Source of the DNA: a virus
Lineage: Duplodnaviria > Heunggongvirae > Uroviricota > Caudoviricetes
IMG/VR virus record: IMGVR_UViG_2693429728_000005
Location: 1 to 6,964 of that record
DNA: 6,964 bases
Direction: 5' to 3' (one strand)
The translations under genes were made by a program, and so were the position numbers. The stretch's first letter is position 1, and every line of letters begins with the position of its first letter. Shown one piece after another: positions 5,624 through 6,964 of the stretch. The notes under the pieces are model-generated. The model did no database searches. It was not told the DNA's origin and saw nothing but the letters and a program-made list of their open reading frames with translations.

Positions 5624-6796
5624 ATGGCTCAGGATTACCACCACGGGGTGCGCGTTGTTGAAGTCAACGAAGGCACCCGATCCATTACCACGGTGAGCAC
5701 CGCCATCGTGGGTATGATCTGCACGGGCGATGATGCCGATGCAAAAATGTTTCCTCTTAATAAACCCGTGCTGATCACTGATGTGCTGACTGCCAGCGGT
5801 AAAGCGGGTGAGTCCGGTACTCTGGCCCGTTCGCTGGATGCCATCGCTGACCAGGCAAAACCCGTGACCGTTGTTGTGCGTGTGCCGCAGGGTGAAACGG
5901 AAGACGAAACCACGACCAATATCATCGGCGCTGTGACTGCTGAAGGTAAAAAAACAGGCATGAAAGCCCTGCTATCTGCCCAGTCACAGCTCGGCGTTAA
6001 ACCGCGCATTCTCGGCGTGCCAGGTCACGATAACAAAGCCGTTGCGACTGAGTTGCTGAGCGTGGCGCAAAGCCTGCGTGGGTTTGCTTACCTGTCAGCG
6101 TATGGCTGCAAGACGGTACAGGAGGCGATCACTTACCGTGAAAACTTCAGCCAGCGCGAAGGAATGCTGATCTGGCCCGACTTTACTGGCTGGGATACGG
6201 TGTTGAATGCCGAAGCAACGGCATATGCCACCGCCCGTGCGCTTGGTCTGCGCGCCAAAATTGATGAGCAGACCGGGTGGCACAAAAGCCTGTCCAACGT
6301 GGGCGTGAACGGTGTCACCGGAATTTCTGCAGATGTGTTCTGGGATCTGCAGGACCCGGCAACCGATGCGGGACTGCTTAACCAGAACGACGTCACCACG
6401 CTTATCCGCAAAGACGGTTTCCGCTTCTGGGGTTCCCGCTGCCTGAGTGATGACCCGCTCTTTGCCTTCGAAAACTACACCCGCACGGCGCAGGTACTGA
6501 TGGACACGATGGCAGAAGCGCATATGTGGGCGGTGGACAAACCGCTGAACCCGTCGCTGGCCCGCGACATTATCGAAGGTATCCGCGCCAAAATGCGCAG
6601 CCTGGTCAGTCAGGGGTATCTCATTGGTGGTGATTGCTGGCTGGACGAGTCGGTGAACGACAAAGACACGCTGAAAGCCGGAAAACTCACCATCGACTAT
6701 GACTACACGCCAGTGCCGCCACTTGAAAATCTGATGCTGCGTCAGCGCATCACCGATCAGTACCTGGTGAATTTTGCCAGCCAGGTCAGCGCGTAA
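5624..6796 (+). CDS. Tail sheath protein (P2 gpFI-like), 390 aa
   Basis: Strong AGGAGG Shine-Dalgarno 8 nt upstream; N-terminus [31 protein letters not shown] matches the contractile-tail sheath N-terminus of P2-like phages as remembered; followed by tail tube gene. Confidence 0.9.
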   Translation: MAQDYHHGVRVVEVNEGTRSITTVSTAIVGMICTGDDADAKMFPLNKPVLITDVLTASGKAGESGTLARSLDAIADQAKPVTVVVRVPQGETEDETTTNIIGAVTAEGKKTGMKALLSAQSQLGVKPRILGVPGHDNKAVATELLSVAQSLRGFAYLSAYGCKTVQEAITYRENFSQREGMLIWPDFTGWDTVLNAEATAYATARALGLRAKIDEQTGWHKSLSNVGVNGVTGISADVFWDLQDPATDAGLLNQNDVTTLIRKDGFRFWGSRCLSDDPLFAFENYTRTAQVLMDTMAEAHMWAVDKPLNPSLARDIIEGIRAKMRSLVSQGYLIGGDCWLDESVNDKDTLKAGKLTIDYDYTPVPPLENLMLRQRITDQYLVNFASQVSA

Positions 6797-6805
6797 GGGG
6801 ACAAC

Positions 6806-6964
6806 ATGGCTTTACCACGCAAATTAAAACATCTGAACCTGTTTAACGACGGGAACAACTGGCAGGGGATCGTAGAGTCTTTGACGCTGCCGAAATTCAC
6901 CCGCAAATATGAGAAGTATCGCGGCGGCGGAATGCCGGGTGCAGTGGATGTGGATCTGGGGCTT
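6806..6964 (+). CDS. Tail tube protein (P2 gpFII-like), N-terminal 53 codons; continues beyond window
   Basis: ATG at 6806 preceded by AAGGGGA; translation MALPRKLKHLNLFNDGNNWQGIVESLTLPKFTRKYEKYRGGGMPGAVDVDLGL read manually; resembles FII N-terminus and follows the sheath gene as in P2. Confidence 0.75.
   Translation, partial: MALPRKLKHLNLFNDGNNWQGIVESLTLPKFTRKYEKYRGGGMPGAVDVDLGL

Noticed and set aside
5635-6523. Minus-strand ORFs 5635..6009, 6095..6523 and 6133..6411 inside the sheath gene
   Set aside because: Antisense to a strongly supported sheath gene; no ribosome-binding sites; compositionally biased translations.
1-6964. CRISPR arrays, tRNA, rRNA or small-RNA genes
   Set aside because: No short regularly spaced direct repeats, no cloverleaf-like or rRNA-like segments seen; the window is almost entirely protein-coding.

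Overview
P2-like phage/prophage tail-gene cluster (baseplate gpI-like C-terminus, tail fibre H, tail-fibre assembly genes, tail sheath FI, start of tail tube FII) interrupted by a Gin/Hin/Pin/Cin-type serine-invertase tail-fibre switch. The switch is not canonical. The window holds two byte-identical invertase genes in opposite orientation (2347..2913 minus, 4915..5481 plus), each inside a perfect 724-bp inverted repeat (2271..2994 vs 4834..5557). It has three 26-bp crossover sites (1439..1464, 2969..2994, 4834..4859). It has an 821-bp direct duplication of the variable fibre tip Sv(A) plus the first 114 codons of its assembly gene (1451..2271 = 2981..3801). A canonical G-segment-like invertible cassette (2995..4833) carries Sv(A), tfa(A), and convergent tfa(B) and Sv(B). 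Removing 1465..2994 would restore a standard Sc-cix-[Sv U U' Sv']-cix-invertase layout. The extra 1.53 kb ends at a non-site-specific junction at 2270/2271, so it is either a genuine inverted-duplication rearrangement giving a three-site, two-invertase switch, or a chimeric read or assembly artefact. All calls rest on reading the sequence and ORF translations and on remembered family features; no database search was run.
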